64,000 bases of DNA from NCBI RefSeq assembly GCF_006345805.1, contig NC_042998.1, forward strand, positions 139,252,001-139,316,000, written 5' to 3'. The DNA is from Octopus sinensis. Taxonomy: Eukaryota. Of the stretch, positions 34,486-42,215 are shown piece by piece (positions within the stretch are counted from its first letter, which is position 1; every line of letters begins with the position of its first letter). The translations under genes and the position numbers were made by a program. The notes beneath the pieces are model-generated. The model was not told the origin of the DNA. It saw only the letters and a list, made by a program, of their open reading frames with translations, and searched no databases.

Positions 34486-36788
34486 TTATTTATTGCTTTT
34501 CCTCTATTTTCGTCCTTACAGTTAAACATGTTCAGGCAGTTTCCATTATCTCATTTCATTAATATTACACTGAATAATAAATGGCATTAAGTACTAATGA
34601 CCACTTTTTGGCACATGCCAATGCACATATATATGTATATACACACATATCTACATATACATGTACATGCAGACACACAAAGGGATGTATGAATGTATGA
34701 GTACGCATAGTAAATAGAAGAGGAGCTCGATGTTGAATAGGGAGTATGTTTTGTAAATGGGTTTATTCATATTCTTACAGCATGGCCACTATTGTACCAG
34801 CAAAATAAGCATTTGCTATCCCTTATATAAAGAAGTTATGTGTGTGTGTGTGTGTCTGTGTGTAGGGTGTGGTGCATATATTGTCATTTAAATTATGCAA
34901 AAATGAAAATAACACTGACAACTCATTTTAATGGATATATTTACCAAAATTACATAAAAATACCTTGAAATACTAAAGAGTAAATTTATTCAATAAAATC
35001 ACCACTGGCTTCAACCATGGCCTCCAGACAACTTTGGAATATCCTGCAAGTCTTCTGGATGGTCTCCTTGTTTAAGCTGGTGAATGCTGCCATAAACCTT
35101 GCCTTCAGTTCATCTTTGGTGTCACAAGAAGTTTTGTTGGTCTCTCACTCAACTGTGCCCCACACAAAATAATCAAGGGGATTGCAGCTTGGGGAGTTGA
35201 TTCACATATTATTATTATTATTATTATTGGATTATAATAATTTTTAAAAAGTCTCAAAGGATTATTTGCTAAAATGGGTCACAATAATAATAGGCTGGGT
35301 ACTAGTGTTTTGAAGAATGTTGACAGATTATAAGGTTTGTGAAGGTGCATGGCTTTGTGGTTAGAGCTATGAGTTCACACTCATAAGATGTTGGATTCAA
35401 TTTCTGAGCTGGGCTGTACATTGTTTCTTTGGAGTAATTCACTTCATTTCGTGTTGCTCCAGTCTATTCAGCCATAAATGAGTACCAGCCAAATGCTGGT
35501 GTAGCTTTCACTCCATCCAGCCATTATACCCTCAATATTCTGCTGGGTTAAGGGTGGGAGGGTCTAGAGCAGTAGTTCTCAACCATTTTTGCCAATGGAC
35601 CCCTTTGATTCCTGTTTTACTCTACTAGACCTCTGTAGCTACTTGATGCTCTAAAAAAATCCTACTGTCTTATTATAATTAAACATTATGAGGAATTGTA
35701 TTGAAAAAAAATTTTAATGTTTTGCATATAGTAGAAGTATGACCAATTTATTGCAGATAAATTTTAGCAACAAAATCTTATATGGACCCCAGTTGAGAAA
35801 CACTGGTCTCAAGATAACATAGGCAACTCAAACAATTAGCAAAAGCACACTGCAAGCTACTCGGTCATACTCAGTCATTTGCAAGTGATAACTAAGCCAT
35901 AACGAACTTCATAAAAATTTTAAAACTGCTCTCTTTAACATTCAGATTACTGAACAACAACTGAGATGGTATTTCTAAGGCCCTTACAATTGTTAAGCAA
36001 TATCTTTTCCAGGTGATAATAGTTGACGTTAAATTTCTCACCCACTTATCCACAGTGCTTGAAATGAGATATAAGGAGATATTTCTCCTAAAGAGCAGGT
36101 GGAGGTTATAGCTAAGCCAAACTTTTTTTTTTGCAGGACTTTGAAGAATGACTAGTGGAGGGGTGGGGACTGTGTTTTATGGGGGTGCTGCAGGAGGAAG
36201 TAATGCATTAAGATATCAATCTAACTTGAGACTGGAAACCTGGCTCTGAACACTTGAAATAGAGTGGACTCTGCTAAAGGCACTCAAGGTGCAGGTGGTC
36301 GTGCTGAAACCAGAGAATGGATTGAGTCCACCATCCAACAACATAAGCAATTCATCCAACAGGCTTCTGTACAATTTCCATGTAATCAATTCCACTCACA
36401 ACCTGAATCTGTTAGAAGACATCTTCTCAAGGAGCCATACAGTGGGATCAATCCCAGAACCATGTGATACTGAAGCAAACTTCTTAACTACAATGCCACT
36501 GCCACAGCCTAAGAGACAAAAACTTACTCCATATCTGCTCAGTTGATTCATTTCTTTGTTAAGATTCATTGAAATAAACCTAAAATCCTTACCATGGTTT
36601 TCAATATGTTCACATATCTTCTTTACAATGAGGGGAATTTTAAGCCCATCAGGTGCCTGGCGAACAAGTTCTTCAAGAGGAACTCCGAAGGTCTTGTTGC
36701 TGTTTTGAGGAACAGTTTTCTTCTTGGTTCCAGGGCTTAACAGCTTCCGCACCCTATCCATACAGGCATTAACACCCTCCTCCTCGGT
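1434..36788 (-). CDS. FAM13A: FAM13A/B-like RhoGAP-domain protein, spliced gene model (six exons in window, 3' part beyond left edge)
   Basis: Manual splicing gives MDRVRKLLSP..TFGVPLEELV..IPLIVKKICEHIENHGYDQEGIFRVNGSTRIIDKLRTSFDQTGDADFTEDGDVMAVAGLLKLFLRELPDSVIPE..ELPEEHYDLLKYLLNFLVDVSQHEEENKMGPMVLAIVFGPNVFRCGSDFSGLKDQSTTNNIVYKFIIHYHDLF. The motifs GDV..LLKLFLRELPDS, ELP..HY.LLKYL and FGPN.F..G..G.K.Q..N.I match the FAM13A/B N-terminal RhoGAP as I recall it. All introns are GT-AG with phases 1,1,2,0,0 (then 2 at the window edge). A versus B cannot be assigned in an invertebrate. Confidence 0.88.
2042..2271 (+). mobile_element. TTAA-flanked (piggyBac-type) MITE, family A
   Basis: TTAA|CCCTTT...AAGG|TTAA, about 230 bp. 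Related copies at 2906-3060 (cut by a Helitron), 28961-29184, about 38895-39065 (partial), and reversed at 37046-37275, 37390-37619 and 50746-50955. Confidence 0.72.
3061..3461 (+). mobile_element. Non-autonomous Helitron
   Basis: A^T insertion site, 5' TCTCTCTATATATAAAG, subterminal hairpin GCCCAAGCAACACTGGGC (3433-3450), 3' CTAG followed by T; no TSD. Confidence 0.8.
5285..5600 (+). mobile_element. tRNA-headed SINE with CORE-like middle; other copies at about 9680-9900, 25390-25680, 35340-35500 and 53215-53730
   Basis: A-box TAGTGGTTAGG, B-box GAGTTCAATTCCC, then CCTTGAGCAAGACAC..TCCAGTCCACTCAGCTG. Boundaries approximate. Confidence 0.7.
7540..7930 (-). mobile_element. Degraded hAT (Charlie/Buster-like) transposase fragment
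   Basis: Across stops and a frameshift: LALHLIVRTMIGSEAQQSVTRIPLFNNMIHKII..KNTSGVEMFDYLEKFGL..YVDIGID. This resembles the Charlie-type segments LPAAKDIVRIMIG..KIPLSNNT.. and TTG.DIF..L....GL.W..CVGICTDG (pattern recognition only). Confidence 0.55.
8985..9146. mobile_element. Mariner-derived MITE
   Basis: TA|CGATGGGGTGCTGAAAAGTCC...AGAAACTTCTTAGCATCCCTTCA|TA; same family as 27444-27608. Confidence 0.7.
12050..13140 (+). mobile_element. Probable highly degraded Penelope-like element (GIY-YIG end)
   Basis: C/A-rich unique-looking block with broken frames (KPLLS.., VIYLGQCCYC, KHFT, QQKFKLNINLIGLIN) that recall the Penelope endonuclease C-terminus (..IFKL.TL.P.GLN). Weak. Confidence 0.35.
13350..13575 (+). 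mobile_element. tRNA-headed SINE with Nin/Deu-like domain; other copies at about 25695-25905, 38675-38890, 45480-45665 and 60025-60245 (+), and 6100-6270, 39830-39975 and 62630-62840 (-)
   Basis: TGGCAGAA..TTAGCATGCCGGGCAAAAT..GAGTT(C)AAATTCCGCTGAGGTCGACTTTGCCTTTCATCCTTTCGGGG..ATAAATTAAGTACCAG. The domain name is from memory. Boundaries approximate. Confidence 0.68.
13590..13845 (+). mobile_element. Degraded RTE LINE 3' fragment
   Basis: CGRNRW..KTWTEIVKTDIRLLNL resembles the C-terminus of the RTE copy at 41190-41720. Confidence 0.5.
14515..14865. repeat. Degenerate minisatellite of about 35 bp
   Basis: Recurring unit TATGG(A/G)(A/G)A..GTATATA(C/T)(T/C)GATATGTGATG. Confidence 0.6.
15636..15722 (-). 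CDS. FAM13A: FAM13-like linker exon (CNNRTKNTGSTARPMSQKEDRKSVTLPRK in phase 0)
   Basis: Long polypyrimidine tract tttctttcctttcttttttaaattttag|TGC, donor AAAG|gtaac; 87 nt, GC-richer than its flanks. All three frames are open; the frame is set by the neighbouring exons. Confidence 0.78.
16890..17323 (-). mobile_element. Probable degraded Helitron-type element
   Basis: The minus strand starts A|TCTAGTATATTTAAA..(TG)n..CAGCCAATTTTCACCGAAATTTACACACAC, paralleling the 5' part of 49851-50271. A CTAG|T lies at 16890-16893 but has no hairpin, so the 3' end is uncertain. Confidence 0.35.
17469..18376. repeat. Complex direct plus inverted repeat block
   Basis: 17760-17995 is an imperfect inverted repeat of 18130-18376. 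17469-17660 repeats 17873-17990 directly and inverts 18060-18250. There is a 33/34-bp tandem duplication at 17963-18029. Confidence 0.85.
19797..20024 (+). mobile_element. TTAA-flanked MITE, family B
   Basis: TTAACCATTTACCATTTAAAC...CACTAAAGGGTTAA; related copies at 41991-42215 and 53400-53629. Confidence 0.72.
22264..22387 (-). CDS. FAM13A: FAM13-like exon, end of RhoGAP domain (RCGSDFSGLKDQSTTNNIVYKFIIHYHDLFADENHASSKCSE); absent from the ORF track
   Basis: Acceptor poly-T..aaag|GTG, donor GAG|gtaagt; 124 nt, phase 2 to phase 0; continues the FAM13 alignment. Confidence 0.92.
22619..23769. mobile_element. 1.15-kb non-autonomous TA-target DNA transposon (Tc1/mariner/pogo type)
   Basis: TA|CTGTAAAAACCCATGAAATTTACGCAC...GTGCACAAATTACATGGGTTTTTTTATGG|TA; subterminal TGCATAAATTACA near both ends; no recognisable ORF inside. 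Confidence 0.65.
26880..27063 (-). CDS. FAM13A: FAM13-like exon, RhoGAP C-terminal helices (..NKMGPMVLAIVFGPNVF)
   Basis: Acceptor attccag|GTC, donor TTTAG|gttagt; 184 nt, phase 1 to phase 2. Confidence 0.94.
27444..27608. mobile_element. Mariner-derived MITE
   Basis: About 28-bp TIRs TGAGGGGTGCTGAAAAGTTCTTGGCTTT and AAAGCCAGGAACTTTTCAGCACCCTCTCA, flanked by TA. Confidence 0.82.
27900..28090 (-). mobile_element. CR1/L2/Jockey-group LINE 3' end remnant
   Basis: Minus strand FP*TTRFWNFLPFHCFPSSCDLSSFKSKVNSFL matches the FFPRT.RLWNSLP...FKS.VN C-terminal motif, followed by a (TGA)n tail. Confidence 0.55.
28365..28500. repeat. Fold-back palindrome with about 65-bp arms and a very short loop
   Basis: AAGAGGGTTTTGTGTAAACAC..TCTTCAGCTTTTCAAATACACATGGTAATCTGTAT pairs with ATACAAGATTACAACGTATGTTTGAAAAGCTGAAGA..GTGCTTACACAAAAACTCTT. 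Confidence 0.8.
28961..29184 (+). mobile_element. TTAA-flanked MITE, family A
   Basis: TTAACCCTTTTGATAC...CAAAAGGGTTAA; internal similarity to 2042-2271. Confidence 0.75.
29390..29660 (+). mobile_element. RTE-tail short repeat; copies at about 8250-8520, 20150-20315, 25050-25330, 32420-32595 and 44720-44900 (+), and 8575-8800, 21475-21640, 22440-22590, 39530-39670, 45215-45380 and 47810-47970 (-)
   Basis: GTAAAGTGGTTGG..GAAGGGCATCCAGC.GTAGAAAC..CCAACCCATGC.AGCATGGAAA..GACGTTAAATGATGATG; the same sequence forms the 3' UTR of the RTE copy at 41190-41720. Confidence 0.75.
30327..30536 (-). CDS. FAM13A: FAM13-like exon with the RhoGAP arginine finger (GIFRVNG) and LKLFLRELP
   Basis: Acceptor atatttcag|GTT, donor GAAA|gtaagt; 210 nt, phase 1 to phase 1. 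Confidence 0.95.
31035..31425 (+). mobile_element. Most abundant SINE family here; about 20 or more copies, e.g. 4367-4513(-), 15985-16350(+), 24243-24660(+), 26410-26805(+), 32620-33000(-), 46020-46420(-), 46900-47330(+), 56230-56595(-), 56825-57215(+), 58160-58620(-), 59605-60025(+), 61860-62040(-)
   Basis: Shared GCTGTGTGGTAAGAAGCTTGCTTCCCAACCACATGGTT..GGGTTCAGTCCCACTG..CCTTGGGCAAGTGTCTTCTACTATAGCC..GCCTTGTGAGTGGATTTGGTAGA..GAAACTGAAAGAAGCCC, then a (TA/TG)n spacer and one of two alternative tails. Boundaries approximate. Confidence 0.8.
31430..32420 (+). mobile_element. About 1-kb C/T-rich degraded retroelement-like block, unclassified
   Basis: Strong C-rich strand skew and several short His/Pro/Ser-rich ORFs with no recognisable motif; similar composition at 19540-19740 and 29660-29900. 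Confidence 0.3.
34865..35198 (-). mobile_element. Tc1/mariner (DDD-type, maT-like) transposase C-terminal fragment with one end
   Basis: Minus strand 35198-34986: NSPSCNPLDYFVWGTVE*ETNKTSCDTKDELKARFMAAF..CLEAMVEASGDFIE*. The third catalytic residue is D (NPLDY). TA dinucleotide at 34863-34864. Confidence 0.8.
35570..35805. mobile_element. hAT (Charlie-like) MITE
   Basis: TIRs CAGTAGTTCTCAAC and GTTGAGAAACACTG; 8-bp TSD GTCTAGAG / GTCTCAAG (6 of 8 match; nTCTAGAn-type target). Confidence 0.8.
36593..36788 (-). CDS. FAM13A: FAM13-like exon with probable start codon (ATG at 36761); MDRVRK...HIENH(G)
   Basis: Acceptor ttttttttttcag|ACC and donor CATG|gtaagg. The 27 nt before the ATG are also open in frame (TEEEGVNAC). 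Ends in phase 1. Confidence 0.92.
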
Positions 36789-37045
36789 CTGAAAAAAAAA
36801 AAAATAAATATTAGAACAAAACTATTTTAATCTAAATCTCTTCAAAACTATATCATTTGGCATTTTTTAAGAAGCAAAATTTTATGATGTAAAGACATAA
36901 AAAATAAACTAATATCATCATCATTCAACATTCATGTTCCTGGATGGGTTGGACATAAAATAATGAATGAAATGACATATTTTACATGATTGATGGCATT
37001 GTTCATTCCAAGAACGTCTTTGAAAATCCTCATAAGTCATTGACC

Positions 37046-37619
37046 TTAACCCATTTGTTACCATATTTCTTTGAAATACACTGCTTTTTGTTTTAATTAA
37101 TTTTGAAAATAATGAAAAAATTAGTATAACAACTTTATCATTATTAAGCTAGTATTTGGAACATAATTTAAAATGAAATTATGATTTAAGGTTTTACTTG
37201 AGATCACTTCGAAACAGAAACTATATATCAGGGAACCAAGTCAGAAACTCAGACAGATTGATATCAAAAAGGTAAAGAGTGTTTTTAACCCTTCTTTTTG
37301 TGTTAAAATTTCCATATAAGTAACTGGAAGCTATTTATATAAGTTAAATTATTTCTGTTTGCAGCAGTTAATTGATTTCCAGCAGTTGATTAACCCTTTT
37401 GTTACCGTATTTATTTTGAGATGCTCTGTGTTTCTTTCAATTAATTTTAAATATAACAAAGAATTTAGTAAAATAACTTCGTTATCATTCAGCTAGTGTT
37501 AGGAACATAAATTGTGACTAAGGTTTGGTGGAATATTTTAATTCAATACTTATGAAAACAAGACATTTGTACTACAGAGCCAGAGGCAGTTTTGGCCGGG
37601 TTGGTATCAAAAGGGTTAA
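37046..37619 (-). mobile_element. Two adjacent TTAA-flanked family A MITEs (37046-37275 and 37390-37619)
   Basis: Both start TTAACCC(A/T)TTTGTTACC; the second ends GTATCAAAAGGGTTAA. They lie 260-830 bp upstream of the start-codon exon acceptor. Confidence 0.75.
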
Positions 37620-39994
37620 ATGAAAACTATTTCTGCAAACAACTTTAAAAGAACTAAGCTTACATGGTATCAATCAAGGCATGTCCAAACACCAGTGGAC
37701 TTGTGACACACATTTCTAGAGACCAGTGCTCCTCTATGGCCTGTATGCATTAGCTACAAGAGCATTTTTAGGGCCCAGTGAAACTGGGTGCAATGCTGAT
37801 GAAAAGTTAACTTTAATCACCCTCAAAATTCCTGAATCACATCCAAGACGTTAAACTACAAAATCAAAACTTCACTATAGTACCTTCATGTTGTTGGTAT
37901 GTTTTAGTTATTCTGGCCATTTTTATATATGCTTGCTGTCACAGGTTGCTACCAGGATGACCAAATAAACCAGTACAAACAAAAAAGTAACACTTTAAAA
38001 ATGATTTCTTCATTCCTTATAAATTGATTGACTTATCTTACATGAGCTATAATGGACATCACACAAGTCAAAAATTTATTTTTCCAGAAATACAAATTTT
38101 GTGTAGACAAGTGCAATTTACAAAAATTTTAGAAATTGAGTTCTTTTTAATTTTATACAGTTCTACGAGAAACAATAATTCATTCTGAAATTTCAAAGGA
38201 TTCAAGATAAAGTCATAAACTTGAGATATTTTTCATATTAGCAATTCAGATTTAATGTTCTCAACTGAACTGTTACAACCTTCAAAGAAAACCAATATAA
38301 TGTAACATCATGAACAAAATATCTATAAAAGTGTATACTAAAATTACCAGTGAAAATAAAAAATATATTTTCTAGCAAACCACAATATGTTAAACATTAC
38401 AAAAGAAAAAAGAGAGAGAGAGAAAGAAGCATACAAATTGAATTATTACATTTCAGCTATCTAAAAAAATCTAAGAACAAGTATCTGTGTTTAAGAAAAA
38501 TAAAATTTTCAACAAAAAGCCTACTAAACTGACTCATGCTACTATTTACAAAGAGTTTTCAAGTTCAAGATTAGAAAATTTCAAATGGTAGTAACATTAC
38601 AGAAAATTGCAATGCGTGTATAATATTTTCCAAAGTCTAATGATAACTTTAATCCTTCTAATATTAACCCGCCTAAAGGCAGCAATCTGGCAGAATTGTT
38701 AGCATGCCAGATGAAATGCTTAATGGCATTTCATCCATCTTCATGTTCTGAGTTCAAATTCCACCAAGGCTGGGTTTGTCTTTCATCCTTTTGATAAAAT
38801 AAGTACCAGGTGAACTGTGGGGAGGGGAGACGATGTAATTGACTTAACCCTCCCTCAAAATTGCTGGCCTTGAGCCAAAATTTGAAAATAATATTAATCT
38901 GCCTGAGACTGCCTCTGGTTCTATAACACAAATTTCCTATTTTAAATTGATCTAAATTAAAATCTTCCATCTTAACAATAAGTTATTTTACGAAATTCTT
39001 CATTATTTTCGATATTGAAACAAATTAAGTGTTTTTCAATAGAAATATGGTAACAAAAGGGTTAAAGAAATTATCAGACTTAAACAGTAAGAAGCAAAAT
39101 AAATATAAATATGAATCTTAAAGAAATAAATATATAACAAAAATATCTAAATAACTAAGAAATATTCATTTATATTTAACATTTTGAATACTTATAGCCT
39201 AAAGGTCAGAGCTTCAATAACCAATTAGCATTTTCGATTCATTAGCTCTCCACATGTTGATATTTCTGTTTGGCAAATTCTAGGTGACTAAAGAAAGGTA
39301 GAAAGTTATGACTGACAACTAAATACAAACAAAAATCTCTATTGATAAGGCAGTGATTATAAAAATCATAAAACAGATAAAACAAAAATTATGATTTTGA
39401 AGAGAAATATGAGATGTCTTAATCAGAAGACAGGTAAACACAGTAAATAAAAGTATTTTCAAGTAGCAATGATTATTTAAAAGTTTCATAAGTTTTTCTT
39501 TGGTTCATGGAAACATATATCGTAGATGAAACATCATCATCATCTATCAATGTCTATCTGCCAAGCTAGTATGGGATGAATGATTTGACATGGTCCAATG
39601 GGTTTCAGGACTGTGTAATGCTCTAATGTTTGCTTTGGCATGGTTTCTATAGCTGGATGTCTATCCTAAAACATTTTTTTTTCTTGAGCCTTAGTACTCA
39701 TAAGATCAGTTACCACAATTCTGTGGTGTATGAATGACCAAAATCAAAACATTCACTCCAAACATTACACTGGTCAACTCCAGGTCCCAAGATGAGCCAA
39801 TTTTGATGGCAGGGGTGTAAGATGATTGCATCAACCACACTACTTGACTGGTATTTTATCAACCCCTGAGGGATGAAAGAAAGTCCACCTCAAGAATTTT
39901 AACTCAGAAGAAAAAGAGCTAGAAGAAATGCTAAGCATTTTGCTCAGCATGCTAATGATTCTGTCAGTTTCCCATTTTCTTCTTATCATTGGTG

Positions 39995-40027
39995 TATAGC
40001 TGTGTGTGCAAAAACGCATGCATATAC

Positions 40028-40063
<36 letters not shown>

Positions 40064-40104
40064 ATATATATGTGTATGTGTGTGTGTGTGTGTATATATA
40101 TGTG

Positions 40105-40159
<55 letters not shown>

Positions 40160-40261
40160 GGTGTGTGTATGTGTGTGTGCGTATATATATATATATGTGT
40201 GTGTATGTATATATGTGTGTGTGTGTGTATGTACATATGTGTGTGTGTGTGTATATATACA
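39995..40261. repeat. Compound (TG)n/(TA)n microsatellite
   Basis: Seen directly; source of the Cys/Val/Tyr and His/Thr ORFs at 39840-40323. Confidence 0.95.
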
Positions 40262-41100
40262 CAGGGGTTGGACAAAATAATGAAAATACCTTAAAATTTC
40301 AAATTTATTTTAATATATGGTAGGACCAACTTTGGCAGTAATTACGGCTTGAATTCTATAAGGTATGGTATTCTTCAGCTAAAACAGTCTCCAATTCTTG
40401 TAGTGATAATGGTGGAGGATATTGACTATTTACTTGTTTTTCTAAAATGCACCATAAATGTTCAATAATATTGAGATTTGAGGACTGTGCTGGCCAGATA
40501 AGATGTTCAACTTCAATAGAATGTTCCTCGTGCCATTCAGTAACAACTGCGTGAATTGGTGCATTATCATCCTGAAAGATTCTGTTTCCCTCGGGAAACA
40601 GTTCCACAACCACAGGATGAATTTGATCAGATAAAATGCTTAAATAGTCTTGACTATTAATTCTGCCATGAAGGGAAGCGCCATTGGGCCAGTGGATTTC
40701 CAAGATATAGCCACCCTCCACCCACCCCCGATCATCACAGCTCCTCCTCCATGTTTAACAGTTGGAAGAAGACAGTCTGGGTCAAATGCTTCTTTTGGCT
40801 GTCTCCACACGTATACTCGGCCGGTGGTCAGAAATAAAGTAAAGGATGACTCATCTGAGAAAATAATATTCTTCCACTGCTCTAGGGACCAATTCTGTAG
40901 GTTTTTACTCCACTCTAAACACTTTGCAATGTTTGTTTTTGGAAGTAGTGGTTTTCTGATTGCAGCCCTCCCATGAAATCCGGCTTAGTGCAGCTCTCAT
41001 CGAACAGTTTTTGTGGAAACTGGGTTCTCGGGGTAGTCATTAAGCTCTGCAGTAATTTTGTGAGCTATACTTTTGTGATCCTTTCTAACAATTCATATAA
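40262..41100 (-). mobile_element. 5'-truncated Tc1-family transposon with pseudogenised DDE transposase
   Basis: Minus-strand translation: ..KPLL..W..WSLEQWKNIIFSDESSF..PTVKHGGGAVMI..FQDDNAPIH..WPAQSSNLNIIEHLW, with two stops and a frameshift. One TIR-like end CAGGGGTTGGACAAAATAATG at 40262; no partner TIR seen. Confidence 0.92.
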
Positions 41101-41189
41101 GCTCCTAAAACAATTAGCAAAAGCATAGTTTATGCTACTTGGTCATACTCACTTGCAAGTGCCACTTTTATATCATATATATCATATAT

Positions 41190-41720
41190 CATCATCATCA
41201 ATATCATTTAGCAGCTGCTTTCCAAGCTGGTATGGGTTAGACAGTTTAATAGGAACAGTACATTGCAGAGCTGCACCAAGTTCCAGTCTGATTTGGCATG
41301 GTTGCTTTGGCTGGATACCCTTCCTAATGCCAACCACTCCAAGAGTGTAATAGGTACTTTTTATGTACCACCAGCACAGCTGCTTTTATGTGCCACCAGT
41401 ATGGATGCAATTAAGTGACACCGGCATCGACTACAACTACGATTTCACTTGGCTTGACGAGTCTTGTCAAGTACGGCATATTGCCAAAAGGTCTCAGTCA
41501 ATTGTCATTGTTTCCATGAGGCTCAATATTTGAAGATCATGCTTCACCATCTCGTCCCATGTCTTCCTGATCTACCTCTTCCACGGGTTCCCTCCACAGA
41601 TAGAGATCAGCACTTCTTCATATGCAACGTCCTTATCCATATGCAACACATGACCATACCAGCAAGGTCGTCTCTCTTGCACATCACATCTGATGCCTCT
41701 TATGTCAACATTTACCTCAA
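41190..41720 (-). mobile_element. 5'-truncated RTE-clade LINE (ORF C-terminus, 3' UTR and (ATG)n tail)
   Basis: Minus strand IRCDVQERRPCWYGHVLHMDKD..GGNPWKR/RKTWDEMVKHDL..WQYAVLDKTRQAK* (stop near 41445); R.L.W.GHV..M and GRPRKTW are RTE-type motifs; tail TGATATTGATGATGATG. Confidence 0.8.
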
Positions 41721-41990
41721 GATATATATATATATATATAGCTGCCTTTGGCACTATTTCTATCTCCCAAATTTCATTCATAAGGCTTTCATCAATCCAA
41801 GGTTATAGTAAAAGTCACTTGCCAAAAGACTTATGCATTAGAACTGAAACAATTTGAATGCAAAGCAAACTTCTTAACAATACCACCGTGTCTGCATCCA
41901 TGAGAGAGAAAAAAACTTATTCTTAAAACTTGCATGCATGAGACAAAAACAGAATAAGATACAGGGGATAACAGGTTACCTTGGGTACCT

Positions 41991-42215
41991 TTAACCATTT
42001 AGCATTTAAACTGGCCATATAGAGCCCAAATATTCTACCCGTTTTATGTTCAAACTGACCATATCCTGCCTCTCATACCTACCCTACAATGTCATTCTAA
42101 AAACAAACACTCACATCATCAAAATCTCAAAACTACAAGATAATGCAGAATTAATTCAACACAATTTGAATAAATAAACATTACATTTGATAGTGTAATC
42201 AGAATACTAAAGGGT
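41991..42215 (+). mobile_element. TTAA-flanked MITE, family B
   Basis: TTAACCATTTAGCATTTAAACTGGCCATAT...TACTAAAGGGT. Confidence 0.7.

Noticed and set aside
37675-37760. CAAGGCATGTCCAAAC, resembling a hAT left end
   Set aside because: No matching right TIR or TSD found.
39840-40323. Five overlapping ORFs of 92-140 aa rich in C/V/Y or H/T
   Set aside because: Translations of a (TG)/(TA) microsatellite.
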